Below, piece by piece: positions 26,940 through 39,559 of a stretch of 64,000 nucleotides of DNA (within the stretch, counting starts at the first letter, position 1; the number at the start of each line of letters is the position of its first letter). The translations under genes and the position numbers were made by a program. The DNA is taken from contig NW_024704742.1 of the NCBI RefSeq assembly GCF_018977255.1, positions 35,714,001-35,778,000 of the forward strand. The letters are read 5' to 3'. The DNA comes from Callorhinchus milii. Lineage: Eukaryota. Below the pieces are notes generated by a model that saw nothing but the letters and a program-made list of their open reading frames with translations, was not told the origin of the DNA and did not search any database.

Positions 26940-27640
26940 CAAACTTTGTTTTAGATGAGTCCAACATCCTGGCCTTAACCACCCTTCCTGGTATCCTGTT
27001 CCAGTTTTTATTAAGCCTCTGGGTAAAGAAATATTTCCTAGTTTCCATCCTGAAATTGCCCTTTGCAATCATAAAAAAAGATTATTCTGGGGGTAATAAT
27101 CTCTCCAAAAAATTATATTAAAAGAATAATGTTTGTGGGACACTGCTATGCACAATTAGCTGCCGCATTTTGCCTACAAAATATATAGTCACTCCACTTT
27201 CCAGTGTATTCTCTGAAGCGCTTTCAGATGTCTCAAAGACATAATAAGGCGCTGTATCAAGTGCAAGGATGATTATTATTATTATCCTCTTGTTCTGCTG
27301 CTTCTGTGCATTCTAAACTATTGTTCTGTTTGCTTTCTCTTTTCTGCTAAAATTGTATATACCATGTGCTCTGGGATAGTACCCTGCGTAAGGGGCACTA
27401 TATAAATTCAAGTTATTGTTGTTAACCTACCCACCCTGAGCTGTCCCTTTTCAAGATTGAAGAACCCTAGCTTTTCTAATCGTTGCTCATCGCTCATTCT
27501 TCTAACACTGGGGTTTGTCCTCTCCTCTGCATTTCTTCTAGAGTATGGGCAACTCCCTAATGGCATGACGATCAAGAACTATATACAATGATCTAAGTAT
27601 GGTCTGAGCAAAGCATGTACATCAAGTGTCTTGGATTTGT
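26940..27640 (-). mobile_element. Old CR1 3' fragment with nested + strand SINE (~27080-27285) and L2 tail
   Basis: cttttcaagattgaagaaccctagc (LGFFNLEK); SINE Deu core and tattattatt tail inside. Confidence 0.65.
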
Positions 27641-29779
27641 CTAAAATGTCACAATTGAAGGAGTAAAAGTCACCTCACTTGCCTGATATGTACTAGTAAT
27701 TCCTCTATTATTTAAAGATACTATTTTCTCAACAATGTGATAAGGCGTTTTTATCAAATCCAAGAATTATTATTATTTTATTTATCTTGTTTTTGAGCAA
27801 ATTAAAAGATTATTATAACTCAGGGAACTAGAAAAATATTTAATCTCAGAGATCTACATTCAAACTCTAGTCCAGAATACTAGATGTAGCTGACTGAAAT
27901 AGTTCTATGTGAGATGATCTTGGGTAATCTTAGCTCAGTTTCCAAGACATTCCACCTACCTCACAAAACTGTCCTTAAATTAGCACATTGATTTACAAAG
28001 AGCATTACAAATAACAAACAATTTATCTGTTCTGGTGAAACTGAGTTTTTTCAGGACTTAAATTCTCTATTGCTGATTACGTCCTGCAACTAAATTTAAC
28101 ATTTTCAAATGAGTCAGTTGTATTCAGTAGTTTTTTTCCTACCACCAATTGAATGTCATTAATTTTCCCGCTTTAATACTATTGCAAAACTACACTTTTT
28201 GCTCAGGTTAACACTCTTGTTCTTTGTTTTTTTTCCCATTAGTTCTTTCTTGTCCCATATTTATAGCCAACTTGTTTTTGTTCGTTGATATGCATTTATG
28301 TTTCACAATGAAATTTAATAGACCCTAACAATCTGAACAATTTATTAATTCAGCACAGCATCCACTTTCTTCCAATAGATTGGGCGCAAGATGGCTGAAA
28401 CCTCATGTGTAGCATATACACTTGTCGTTGGCTGAGTATTAAAATCATCGACTAACTGGGTTGGAAAATGCCTTTTATGCAACTACCAAAATACATAAAT
28501 TTAACATATTGAAGTTGAAATGGTGAAGATAGTCCAACCGTTTATAAGCAACTTTTTTTTAATTAGGAACTGCTTTTTTATTTGAAGGCTATAATAAATG
28601 AAGTAGAGGAAAATCTGTTTTGAATTTTGGTCACAAAATTAAGGCCAGCAGTTTATCACGTGACTCATCCCTCTCTGAGTACCACACACAGGCTCCATTC
28701 TATAATTCAATTTTTCTTCAATTTACTGTTGTGGATTTCTATTTCCCCAGTAGTTTACAGTTTGAAAACTTGTACTTGTTTGATGATTCCAGTCTCACTT
28801 CACACTATTTTGATATTCTGTGAAAATATTTCTCCTCTCTTTTCCTAATTGAGTCCTCTAAATTTGTAATAATATCTGATTTTAATTAGTATTGGGAAAT
28901 GGTATCAAATATTTAATAGTTTGATTGAATGCCAAGATAAAAATAAACCATGTACCCCACTCCCCAAATTCTTCCTGTACAGACGAGGCTCTATCCAGTA
29001 TTTTGTGCTGGTTGTGTCATTGTGTTAATACACTTGAAATAAAAAAAATGCTTTATTTTTTGATTGAGTGAATATGAGATTTACAGCAAAGTACCCACTA
29101 CTCTATCCTCCTAGAATTCCAAAGAAATCATTCCTCTTGATTAAAAATGCAGCCTGCAATAACAGCTGCAATCGCTTTTGCTTTCCCCAACACAGCTTGG
29201 TGTCTGTGCAACACTAACAGACCCCGTTGCCATGCATCAAGAAAACACTGTTGGGTAGACACGTGCACATGAAAGCATAAGCCAATCTGCTTTGACAGGA
29301 GCATTAGTTCAGGATCCAAATGCAAAATATTTTTTAACAATTGTGGCAAGAATTATTACTGCAGAGAGTTTGAGATTGTTCATTTTCTTGGAGAAGTTTG
29401 AAATAGAATGGTCTGCTTGGGTTACTATCAAACTTCAAGCTCTGCTGATAATCATAATCATGTCCACCCACTCCCATAAGGGAACTCTGTTTGCCAAGTC
29501 TTGTAGAAAATAGTCATTGGTGGAGTTTTACTGTGTTTTTTTTTCAAATCTCCAATGACAATTAGCTAATACTCTACAGAGCCTTTAGAAAATAAAAGTG
29601 GAAAATCTTAATGACCAGTCTTGTAAATGGACCTATCTGTACAGTAATGCAATATACTTGCATTTAATATAGCACATTTAATGTCAGGCAGACATGTTAA
29701 AGTGCTTCACAGGATTTACTGTGAAGTGTAGTCACGATATAATTTTGTAGTCGGACACAGCAGCCAATTTGTACATAGC

Positions 29780-31180
29780 GACAGCCACTTGCATTTATAT
29801 AGCGCCCTTTGTGCAGGGTATAATCTTGGAGTGCTTAATGAGTGATGCCGAGCCGAGGGAGGAGGAGGCGACGGTAGACATGGTCAAAGAGGAAGGTCTT
29901 CAGGCGTCATCTGAAAATGGGGAAGGGGGAGACAAGGCAGAAGGACTGAGGGAGATAATTCCAAGGTTTCATGGCATAGTGGCTGGAAGCACGGCCACCA
30001 ATGGTGGAGCGGAGGGGACAAGAGGCAAGCAAGAGGCCGGAGCTCGCTGAGTGGAGGTATTGGTGTTGAATGGGGGGGGGGGGCAAGCAGGTCAGAAAAA
30101 TAGGGAGGCGCCAGGGTATGAAGGGATTTGTTGATGAGTGTGAGGATGTGGAGTCCTGTAGCTCAGTGGTTAGAGCACTCGCTTTGCAAGTGAGAGACCT
30201 GAGTTCAATTCCAGGCAGAGGGCGAAACCTTGGGCAAGTTTCCTTACTCCACACAGAGCCTAATAATAATCCCTCCAAAACCAAAAACAATAATAAATCG
30301 GTCATTTTCAATCTACGACTGTTTGTGGGACATTGCTGTGCGCAATTGGCTGCCGCGTTCGCCCACAAATATACAGTCAATTCACTTTACAGTGTGTTCT
30401 GTGAAGCGCTTTGGGACGTCCTTCCGACGTGAAAAGCGCTATATCAAATGCAAGGATTATTATTATTATAGGATCTTGAAGTTGATCTGTGAGGCCTGGC
30501 ATGGACTAGAGTGATGGGGATATGGAGTTTGGTGCGGGTGAGTATACGGGTGGTAGAGTTTTTAATTGGTTGGATTTTGTAGATAGTAGAGCGAGGGAAG
30601 ACAAGCAAGGAGGGCCTTGGAATAAGCGAGGTGGGAGGTGACAGAAGGGTAGACGAAGGTTCTTGCTGCATCGGGTGTAAGGTATGGTTGGATGCAGGCA
30701 ATGTGACTAACGTGGAGGATAAGGACTGGATATTGAATAGGAAAGACAGTTGGGAATCAAACCTGTTGCCAAGGTTATGCATAGGTTTGTTAAGTCTGAG
30801 GGAAATGCCGGGGATGTTGAGGAGTTCAGGAGAGAGCTGCAGGAGAGAAGACGTTGACAGGAGCCAAGGAGCATGGCTTCCATTTTGTCAACATTCAACT
30901 GCAGAAAATGTGCGCCCATCCAGGACTTGATGACTGACAAGCAAACTGACGGAACATCAATAGACCTGCAGTTGCAGCTGGAGGAGGAGATGTAGATTTA
31001 GATGTCAACCTCATACATGTGGAAGTTGACCCCATGTCTGTGGATGTCATCGCCTAGAGGGAGCATTTAAATAAGGAAAAGAAAGGTGCCAAGGATGCAG
31101 CCTTGGGGTACGCTGCAGGTGACCTAGTGGGGCGGGAGGAAAAACTAATTGCGAGCCACATCTGGCGGTGAAGTGTGAGG
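29780..31180 (-). mobile_element. L2 fragment with nested SINE
   Basis: IKSWMGAHFLQLNVDK, GGRASSHYAMKPWNYLP; L2 tail near 29785. Confidence 0.9.
30148..30469 (+). mobile_element. Near full-length tRNA(Ala-like)/Deu/L2-tail SINE with AGGAT target-site duplication
   Basis: A box tagctcagtgg, B box gagttcaattcc, Deu core gtgggacattgctgtgcgcaattggctgccgcg, (tta)n tail; AGGAT at 30143-30147 and 30470-30474. Confidence 0.92.
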
Positions 31181-31329
31181 CCAGTTTTGTGCCATCTGTG
31201 CTTAAGTGTCTGAGTTTGGGATTTAAGGGAGCGGAGGTGGCTGTTATACCAGAGGGAGTGGGTGGGTTATCCTAACCATTGAACAAAGCTTGTGTTCCAG
31301 TCGATAAGTGAATAGCTTAACTCTGCACC

Positions 31330-31700
31330 CCCATCGCTCCAGTACTTGCCAGATTCCACTGGCTCCCTTTATTGCAAAATGGATCAATTTCATGATCCTC
31401 ACGCTCATAAAAGTCATGTCACTCTCTGGCACCTCTCTACCTCTCTGACCTGCTTACACAGCACTCCTGTACCCGTCCCTTAACGCTGCTGGTACTGGCC
31501 TCCTGTACTTCATTTGCTTCCTCTGCTCCACCATCGGCGGTTGTGCCTTCAGCCACTATGCCCCAAAATTACGAAACTTTTTGACTCAATCCCTCTGCTT
31601 TGCCCCCTCTTTGCTTGTCTTCAGATCACACCTGAAGCCTTCCTCTTCGACCGTGCCAAAGGAGACCTCCCACCTCTCTCTCAAGCTCCTTCACTGTTAA
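31330..31700 (+). mobile_element. L2 3' fragment
   Basis: cagattccactggctccc (LHWL) and ccaccatcggcggttgtgccttcagc motifs. Confidence 0.8.
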
Positions 31701-32544
31701 GACTCTACCCCAACTAATAAGAACCTGAACACTCTGGCAGCTTCCCACTCTTTTCTGTGACTGTCAGAGCATGAAAACACTTGCATAACCACACAATCTC
31801 CATTTTGACAGGCCATATACAATCCTCTGTACTTACGTGTGAAATTGAGGTCCAAAGTAGCATTCGAAATAACAAGGACTTAATTCTCTTTATTACAAGG
31901 TGGTTTTACAATGATTCTTTATGATGAGAGAATTGACTGTAATCTCTAAAAGCAACTTTTTGTCAGCCAGGTGTCTTGACGCAAGCGGAAAGCCATCACC
32001 ATATGTTGCCCACAAAATAGTCAATTCACTTTATAGTATATCCTGTGAAGCATTTTGAGATGCCTCAACGACATCAAAAAACATTTTTGGACACTTTGCT
32101 ATCTTATTATAATATTGCAAATATATTCTATTAAATAATTATACTATGCAATAGACAAAGGTAAACTGATTTTTTTCTTTGGAATCCTTCACATAGTATA
32201 AAGCAGTATAAAATTTAAGACTTACTTATTACAGAAACTGTAGGACCTGCACAATGCTGTTTAATAACATATACCAGTTCTAATTCTTTTGACAATTCTC
32301 ATCTGTCCTGAAATTACTTCTACTTTGCAGAGCGTTTCTGTCATAATCAAGGTTAGGGATGTCAGTGTTGGGAAATGAAATACTTCCACCTTTTGGTGCT
32401 CATGGTCAGCAACATACACTACCAGGTCAATTAATACATGGCCAGATGCAAAGTAAAGCTCCCTCAATTCTCAACACACCTTAAACCTAACCTTGAAATA
32501 AAACTTTCTCCTTTACTGGTGTGAATTTTTCCATTTCCCAGAAC

Positions 32545-32780
32545 AACCATCCTTGTGGCCTCTTTCAGTGAGATTTCCCATAATTCAGCACTAATTGGCA
32601 GCACTGTGTTGTAAATATGTGTCCATAGGGACACCTTGGTTGAGAATTCCCAAATTCATTTCACTTAAGACTCTTAAGAGCTGGCAGAAAGAGAGACTTT
32701 CATTACATAAGTATGGATTGGATTTAAACTGGTCTCTGAGGTGAAAAGATGGTGTGTGCACCACTGCATCACCCAGTTCC
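32545..32780 (-). mobile_element. LF-SINE-like ancient SINE
   Basis: Reverse complement ggaactgggtgatgcagtgg...tttcacctc...gtgaaatgaatttggg...ggacac...ccaattagtgctg resembles the recalled LF-SINE consensus. Confidence 0.55.
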
Positions 32781-33289
32781 TTTAAGCCATAAGTTTGAAC
32801 TTGTCATGACTGTGTTCCTGCGTTTTTATGTCCCAAATACAAGTTGAATGTTTTTCAGTGTTTTTGAGATTGTTGAATGATTGTTCTTTTTCACGCATAA
32901 AACACACAGTCATTGCACTCTACAGCACCACCTGTGAAGCACTATTCAGTACCTAATGTAAGGAATCTTATTATAGAGATTTTATTTTTAATTAGAATTT
33001 TGCTTGAATTATGACACACTGTAAGGCTACTTTCTCAAACAATCATACATTGTTCTCAAGACACACAGCTTATATGATAGTGTCAAATTATAGTATATTG
33101 TTGGTCTGGAATGAGTCTTGCTGAGTGGCTTGACTAATTACATGACTAATTCAGATGTCTGAGTTTTGGTATTGCAGTTGCATGTTGTACAAATTACCAA
33201 TTAGCTGGTAGAGTAGAGAACCAAAGAGATCTTGGGGCATTCAAATCTACAAATCTCTAAAATTAGCAGCACAGGTAGATAAAACAATG

Positions 33290-33632
33290 CAGTGCAGGGG
33301 ATGTGTTGCATTGTCAGAGGTGCCGTCCTTCGGATGAGATAATATAATAATGATGGTAACCAAAGTCCTGGCTGACTGTTGAGGTGGACGTTAAGATCCC
33401 ACGGCACTATTTGAAAAGACGAGGAAGTTTCTCTCTCCCGGTGTCCTGGCTGACAATCCCCCAAATAAAATTGGTCACTCACTCCGTGGCTGTGCGTGGG
33501 ACACTGTTGTGCGCAATTGGCTGCCGTGTTTCGTCCAAAAAATACACAGTCAATGCACTTTACAGTATATCCTGTGAAATGATTTGAGACATCTCGATGA
33601 CGTGTTCTACATCAAATGCAAGGATTATTATT
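33290..33632 (+). mobile_element. Deu-domain SINE (SacSINE1-like body with (tta)n tail)
   Basis: gaggtgccgtccttcggatgag, taagatcccacggcactatttgaa, Deu core, tail. Confidence 0.75.
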
Positions 33633-33634
33633 AA

Positions 33635-33925
33635 AGCCATAAAAAATATGATCATGTCCTGGGCTTTTTAACCAGAGGGCAGAATATAAAAGTGAGGAGG
33701 TGAGGTTGAATTTGTATAAAACCTTAGACCACATTTGGCATACTGTGTCCAATTCTGGTCGCCACACTACAAGGATAGAGCAGCAATAGAAAGAGTGCAG
33801 TGTAGGTTTACTAGGATGATAACAGGGTGGGAAATTACCGCGATCAGGGTAGACTGGATCAGTTAGGCTTTTTATTCACTAGAAAAGAGATGTTTAAGAG
33901 GGGACATAATAGAGGTGTTTACAAT
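33635..33925 (+). mobile_element. CR1 ORF2 C-terminal fragment
   Basis: Encodes RPHLAYCVQFWSPHYKD..IERVQCRFTRMI. Confidence 0.85.
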
Positions 33926-34819
33926 TCACCCACAGCCTTATTTAATGACTGATCCGACTTCAGTTGTCAACAATGTGATGATTATCACTGGTGGGCGTAA
34001 TTTTACATTGTAATTTTCACTCCCAAGATGTAATACTATAGGTACATTTTACTAGGGCTTTAAAAATGTCAGTAACACGTCTGTGCACTTGTGTTTTATA
34101 GATCTATTTCTGTGCCCTAATATTTTATTTACTGGTGTATTGTAATAGCAGATGTACAGTGTGACCACATTTTATCATTTACTTTTCAATTAGATATTTT
34201 TATTCGAGGATCATTTCTATAAGCCTATAATTCATTTTATCATGTTTGTGACATTATTAGTAGCAGTTTATATTAAATATCATTGTGTTTTCCTAAAGTT
34301 TCCCTTAACTATTACAGCTATACAATTTCTGATCTTAAATTAACCTGTAAAACAAATATAATCTAAATCAATTATTCTTTTGAATACGTAAAATTGGAAG
34401 AGAGAAATTTTCTTGTCTTTACTTGGAGATAACTCTGTAATGGTATTTACATGGATTGATTCAAAAACAACTACAACAACAATAACTTGCATCGTTATAG
34501 CGCCCATCATGCAGGATTTTGTCTTGTAGTTCTTACTAGTCGTCTAATAGATCCTACATCTGATATAAATGTTCATTTGTGTTGATGATTATTAGTCACA
34601 GAAGTGGATTATTTTGTCTCTTACGTAATTTTCCATGTTTTTTTATATAAATATGTGGACATCAAGGTGAAGTATGACCATGCTAAGAAATTGGATATTT
34701 TTCCATTTTGGCCACACAGTATCTGCATCAAGCATATTCAAGTATAGAATGAGCAAATGCAAAGTAAAGCTTCCACGATTCAGCACTGTATATGGAATGC
34801 TTTGGTTTTTATGGGTTCA

Positions 34820-35200
34820 TATTATTTCAACATATAAAGGGTTGTGCTCATCCCTACCTCTGTGACCAATTAACACCTTACATGCCAACCTGTCTGCTTC
34901 CTCTGTTTGGTGGCCTGCTCTATGGCCCTGCTCGCCCCACCATTGGTGGTTGGGCCTTCAGCTTTTCTGCCCCTACCTTCTGGAACTCCATCCCGGAATT
35001 CCTCCACCTCACCCACTCCCTCCTTCAGGTCCCCTCAAGACCTTCCTCTTTGACTGTGCCTTCAGCCTCCCTCCTACCCCGACCACTCTCCACCCTTCTT
35101 GATTCCAGCGGCCAGCTCGGGTGCAAACCCTTAACTGTCCAGCGCCTTGCAACATCCTTCCAATATGAAAGGTGCTATACAAATGTAATTTGTTGTTGTT
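34820..35200 (+). mobile_element. L2 3' end
   Basis: IGGWAFSFSAPTFWNSIP; (ttg)n tail. Confidence 0.88.
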
Positions 35201-35437
35201 AAATGAGAATCAGATGAATATTTGAAGTGGAAGAATATAAAAGGGTACAGGGAAAAGCAAGAAATTGGGATTTTATAAGATCACAAGATTGGTCTGGATG
35301 AAGAAGGCTTTTCAGAACTCATCCCTCCAGAACACCCATCCTACCATCCCATAAGATGCTTGTTTCAATGAGTTTAGTGCCCTGACCTTGACTACCTTTC
35401 CTGGCAACCTGTTCCAGTGATTGATTACCCTCTGAGT

Positions 35438-36545
35438 AACAACAACTACAACAACAACTTGCATTTATATAGCGCCTTCACGTGGGGTGGCGTCCTGAAG
35501 TTCTTGTCAGGAGCGGAGTCTGGTGCCGAAACATGGGAAGAGGGAGGGGGAGATGACCATAAGCACGATCAGAAAGGAAGGTCTGTAACAACAGCTTCAA
35601 AAACTTGCCCTTATATAGTACCCTTCACGCTGGGTGGAGTCTTGGAGCACTTGGAGCAATTTAGGCGAGACTTGAAGATGGGGAGGGAGCATGAAGGTAT
35701 TTGAAAATGAATGTGAGGATCTTGAAATCGATCCGTTCGGTATTTGGGAGCCAATGGATCCTGGCAAGGACTAGTGTGATGGGAGTATGGAGATTTTATG
35801 GGTGAGAATCCGGGTGGTGGAGTATTGGATTCATTTATTTTGTGTACGGTGGAGCTGGAAAGACCAGCGAGGAGGGCATTTGATTAGTCCAGCCAGGAAG
35901 TAACAAAGGTGTGGACGAGGGTATTGGCTGTGGTGGTTGTGAGGTGGGTAATGTGACGGAAATGGAAAAAAGTGGTCCTGATCAGGGAACAGATGTGGGG
36001 TAGAAAGGAAAGCTGGGGATTGAACCTGATGCCTAAGTTGTGCACGGGTTCGGTGAGTCCGAGGGACAGTGCAGGGAGGCTGAGTAGTTCAGTCCTGCAG
36101 GAGAGAAGACATTGATGGGAGCCAAAAAATATGGTTTCCGTCTTGCTGCCATTCAGCTGCAGAAAATTTATCCAGGCCTTGAGGTACGTTAAACAAGCTG
36201 ACAAGACATCAGCTGAGTGGGAGGAGAAGTAGATTTGCATGCATGTGGAAGTTGACCACATGTCTGCAGGTGACATCGCCAAGAGGGAGCATGTAGATAA
36301 GTGAAAGAAGGGGGCCAAGGATGGAGCCTTGGGCTACCCCACATGTGACCGGGCGAGGGCAGGAGGAAAAAACATTTGCTGAGATATATTGTTGGCAGTT
36401 GATTAAGTAGGACTCAAACCATGCGAGTGCGGTCTGATTAAGGTGGAGGAGGATGGTGTGGTCGACTATGTCAAATGCGATGGAGAGGTCCAGGAGAGGG
36501 GAGCCCTGGTCACAGAGAAAGAGGATGTCATTTGTTATTTTGACA
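35438..36545 (-). mobile_element. L2 fragments with two tandem 3' tails
   Basis: FLQLNGSKTE, HTFVTSWLD; tails near 35440 and 35590. Confidence 0.88.
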
Positions 36546-38115
36546 AGTAAAAGAAAACCGCCTAATATCTGTCTTGAAATTGCCCTTTCCTGTCTCCAGT
36601 AGATGAGCCACCAGTGGATGAGCTAAATGATCTCTTCCTAGGTTGTTGTTTCTGCAATTCTATGCTGTACTCCAAGCTCAGAAGAAAATTAATGGCACCG
36701 GTAGGAATTGTTCTATTTGTCCACACAGGTGCCTGAATGTGATTGCTAATTTGTTCTTACTGTTTAGGCTGTTATGAGTTCATGATTACTAGGAATTGAG
36801 ATAAACACAGAACAAGGAAAAATTTCAACATTCATCAAACTTTGCTTCTAAGGATCATATATTATTTGAGGTTCACCAGTCGTGATAGTTACTAATATCA
36901 GGGTGATTTTCAGTCAGTCAATTTGTGTTGCATTTAAACCTACGAAAAAATCGCATATTAACCTGCTATGTTACTCAGGACTCACCTATGATATAGTTGA
37001 AATAATATAACAATTAGCAGCACCCACCAGTTCATAATATAGATTAGTAGTCCATATGTATTGAAATATACAAATACTTCTAGAAAGGTCTTATGCAGCA
37101 AAACATTAATATTTATTAATTTGGCTGATAGTTATCGACAGCTTTAGTTTCATTCAACACTTCAGTTAGATTGCTTGTTGCTCCATTTTATTTTTACTCC
37201 CTTTGTCCTTTTCTCTCTTTTTCCATTCCTTTCATTGACATTAAATATAGTTGATTGAAGATGCCGAACAAATGGAAAGCTATTCCATTATTGCCTGCTA
37301 ATTGGTGCCAGATGGCCACAGTGATTGACATCCAAAAAAATTAGAACAGAGATTAATGAACACTGAGATCACAAAATGCAGGCTGTAGTCTGTTCAAAAT
37401 CAATAAAAATATTTCTTGTTTGTAAAATAAATTAATCTTAAGGGTAAAATTAAAACCATTACTGACCAGTTTCCAGGATAAAACTGGCATAACTTTGCTT
37501 CTCAAGTTACAAACGTGATCTCGAGTGTACAGTAATGCTTTCGGTCATTGGGTTTGGACATTATGACACACTTGTGTGGTAACTTCGAAAGCCCTCGAGT
37601 CAATATTTTACCAGTTCAGCCGTCAATGTCTGTAAATATTTATGTTATATACTGCTATGTATGTCAGATATTAAACTGAGGTCAAATTATGAGTAAAATA
37701 TTAAGCGTACTTCTGCAGTATATAATTTCTAGTTATTTCTAAATCTAAACCAAGGATGATCTCCTTAAATTTTCTTAGACTCATAGGAACAATATCTTAT
37801 AGTGAGCCCTTCCCTTTTAAAGCTAGCTATAATGTATTCATATCAAATAGAACTCTTATCTTTGTAGAAATACTGCAGTAAAGAAATTTAATTCCCCATT
37901 ATATAGAAAATATTATTTGAATCTACAATTTTCAAAATGTGCTAATATGAACAGTGGATTGTACTGATTTAAAAATAGCAGTGTTGCATATCAATCCATC
38001 AGTTGGGAAAATAGTCCACTGTGTACTCTCGTAAAATTTTAGATATCTTAATAAGTATCTGGCTGCAGAATATTGCTGGAAACTACTTTGGCTCCCACAA
38101 ACAACCATGAAATTA

Positions 38116-38520
38116 ATCATAGAATCATAGAAAAGTACAGCACAGAAGGAGGCCATTTGGCTCATTGCGTCTGCCCCGGCAATCAGCACAGGGTGTTTGT
38201 TCAATCCAACAGCCCTGTCTTTATCCTTCATGTACCTGTCTATTTCTCTCTTGAAACCCTCTGCCATCTTACATGGCAGGGCATTCCATAAACCAACAAC
38301 TCTGAGTGAAAACATTTCACCGAAGCTCTCCTTTTGCTCTTCTTCTAAATGTATAACAATGGTCGCTATTCACTGACTTCAAATGGTGTTAAAAGATCTT
38401 TAACGATTGCCTGAACAGGCAGTTGGGGCCTCGGGTTAATCAGACAGCATCCCCGACAATATAGCACTCCTCCAGCACTGACATCCTTGATTATGAGCTT
38501 AAAGTCCTTATGTGGGTTTT
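38116..38520 (-). mobile_element. CR1 3' end followed by a SacSINE1-like fragment
   Basis: (atcataga)2 tail; FSLRVVGLWNALP; ggggcctcgggttaa. Confidence 0.78.
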
Positions 38521-38764
38521 AAACAGAATTATTTAGAAGGAAAGAAAGTTATGAGTACTTGAAGTCATGCAAAATCATTTGAGGATGACTATAATTAGCA
38601 TCAAAAGATGCCAGAGGGATTGACGGTACTAAGCAGAAATGTCTAATGGTTTCTAAAAACCCTGCAATGAAGTATGAACTGACAAAAATTTCCTTTTAAG
38701 TAGTAACATTTAATAAAGATTAACAAGGTTTGAGATATCAAAGTTATATGCTTCATCAAATCAA

Positions 38765-39300
38765 ATTAACGCTTACGACGGGTTTAGAAAAAGTTCACTG
38801 CAATGTGTTGATCGGATTTCATGCAGCAATCGACTGGTTAACATGGTTCGATCCATGTTGATTGTAGTATATCTTTCTTTCCTTGAGATTGATTGCATTT
38901 GGTTTCTTCTTCCCAAACTCAGCTTTTCCTCCAAACTCAGTTCTTCTCCTTCGATGAGAATTTCAGGTACCAGGATTGCTGCTTTGTGAGTGTCGATCAT
39001 GTTGTCAGTTGTCTCGATCTTTGTCTTCTTTCTTTAAGATACTGGTTATGGATAGCTAGTGTTGCAGGTAGTTAGTCCATTCCCGAATCTCTTTCTTCTC
39101 CTTACGTTGAAAATTATCCTTACAGTTATACCTTGTAAGAACATCGATCTTGTAAAGATATCTGGATTTAGCTAACTAAAAACATCTTTTTATCAAACCG
39201 TCTCTGATATCCGTAGTTGTCAATATCTTTTCGCCTTTATCAAAACAGTTGGTTTCAAACAAGTCTTAGTAGAACAGATTTAACAGTGATTTTTAACATC
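38765..39300 (-). other. CpG-retaining AT-rich segment with a stop-interrupted reading frame, origin unknown
   Basis: 15 CpG counted in 38761-39240 versus 1 in each flanking 240 bp; one minus frame of ~160 codons with internal stops. Confidence 0.45.
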
Positions 39301-39559
39301 TACCCATGGAGAACCCTATCAATGCTGATGTTGAGGAAAACTGTTCTGTAAACATTTTTTCACTTGCTTTACATTGTCCTTGGCATTCATGCATTTGCAT
39401 CATATAGTCTGCTTTTATGAAGTATACAAATCCATGAGTCTTTACGATTTTCTTTGGTCAACTTAAGACAACTCAGAATTCTGGGATTGCTTACAAGTGG
39501 AAGATAAGTTTTTTTTAAAAAAAGCTTTGTCTGGGGTTATCAATTGGTTATTCTCATAA

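Noticed and set aside
30150..30225. tRNA-Ala-like genes (also ~51400 and ~40490-40560)
   Set aside because: They continue into the SINE body and tail and lack a proper acceptor stem, so they are SINE heads.
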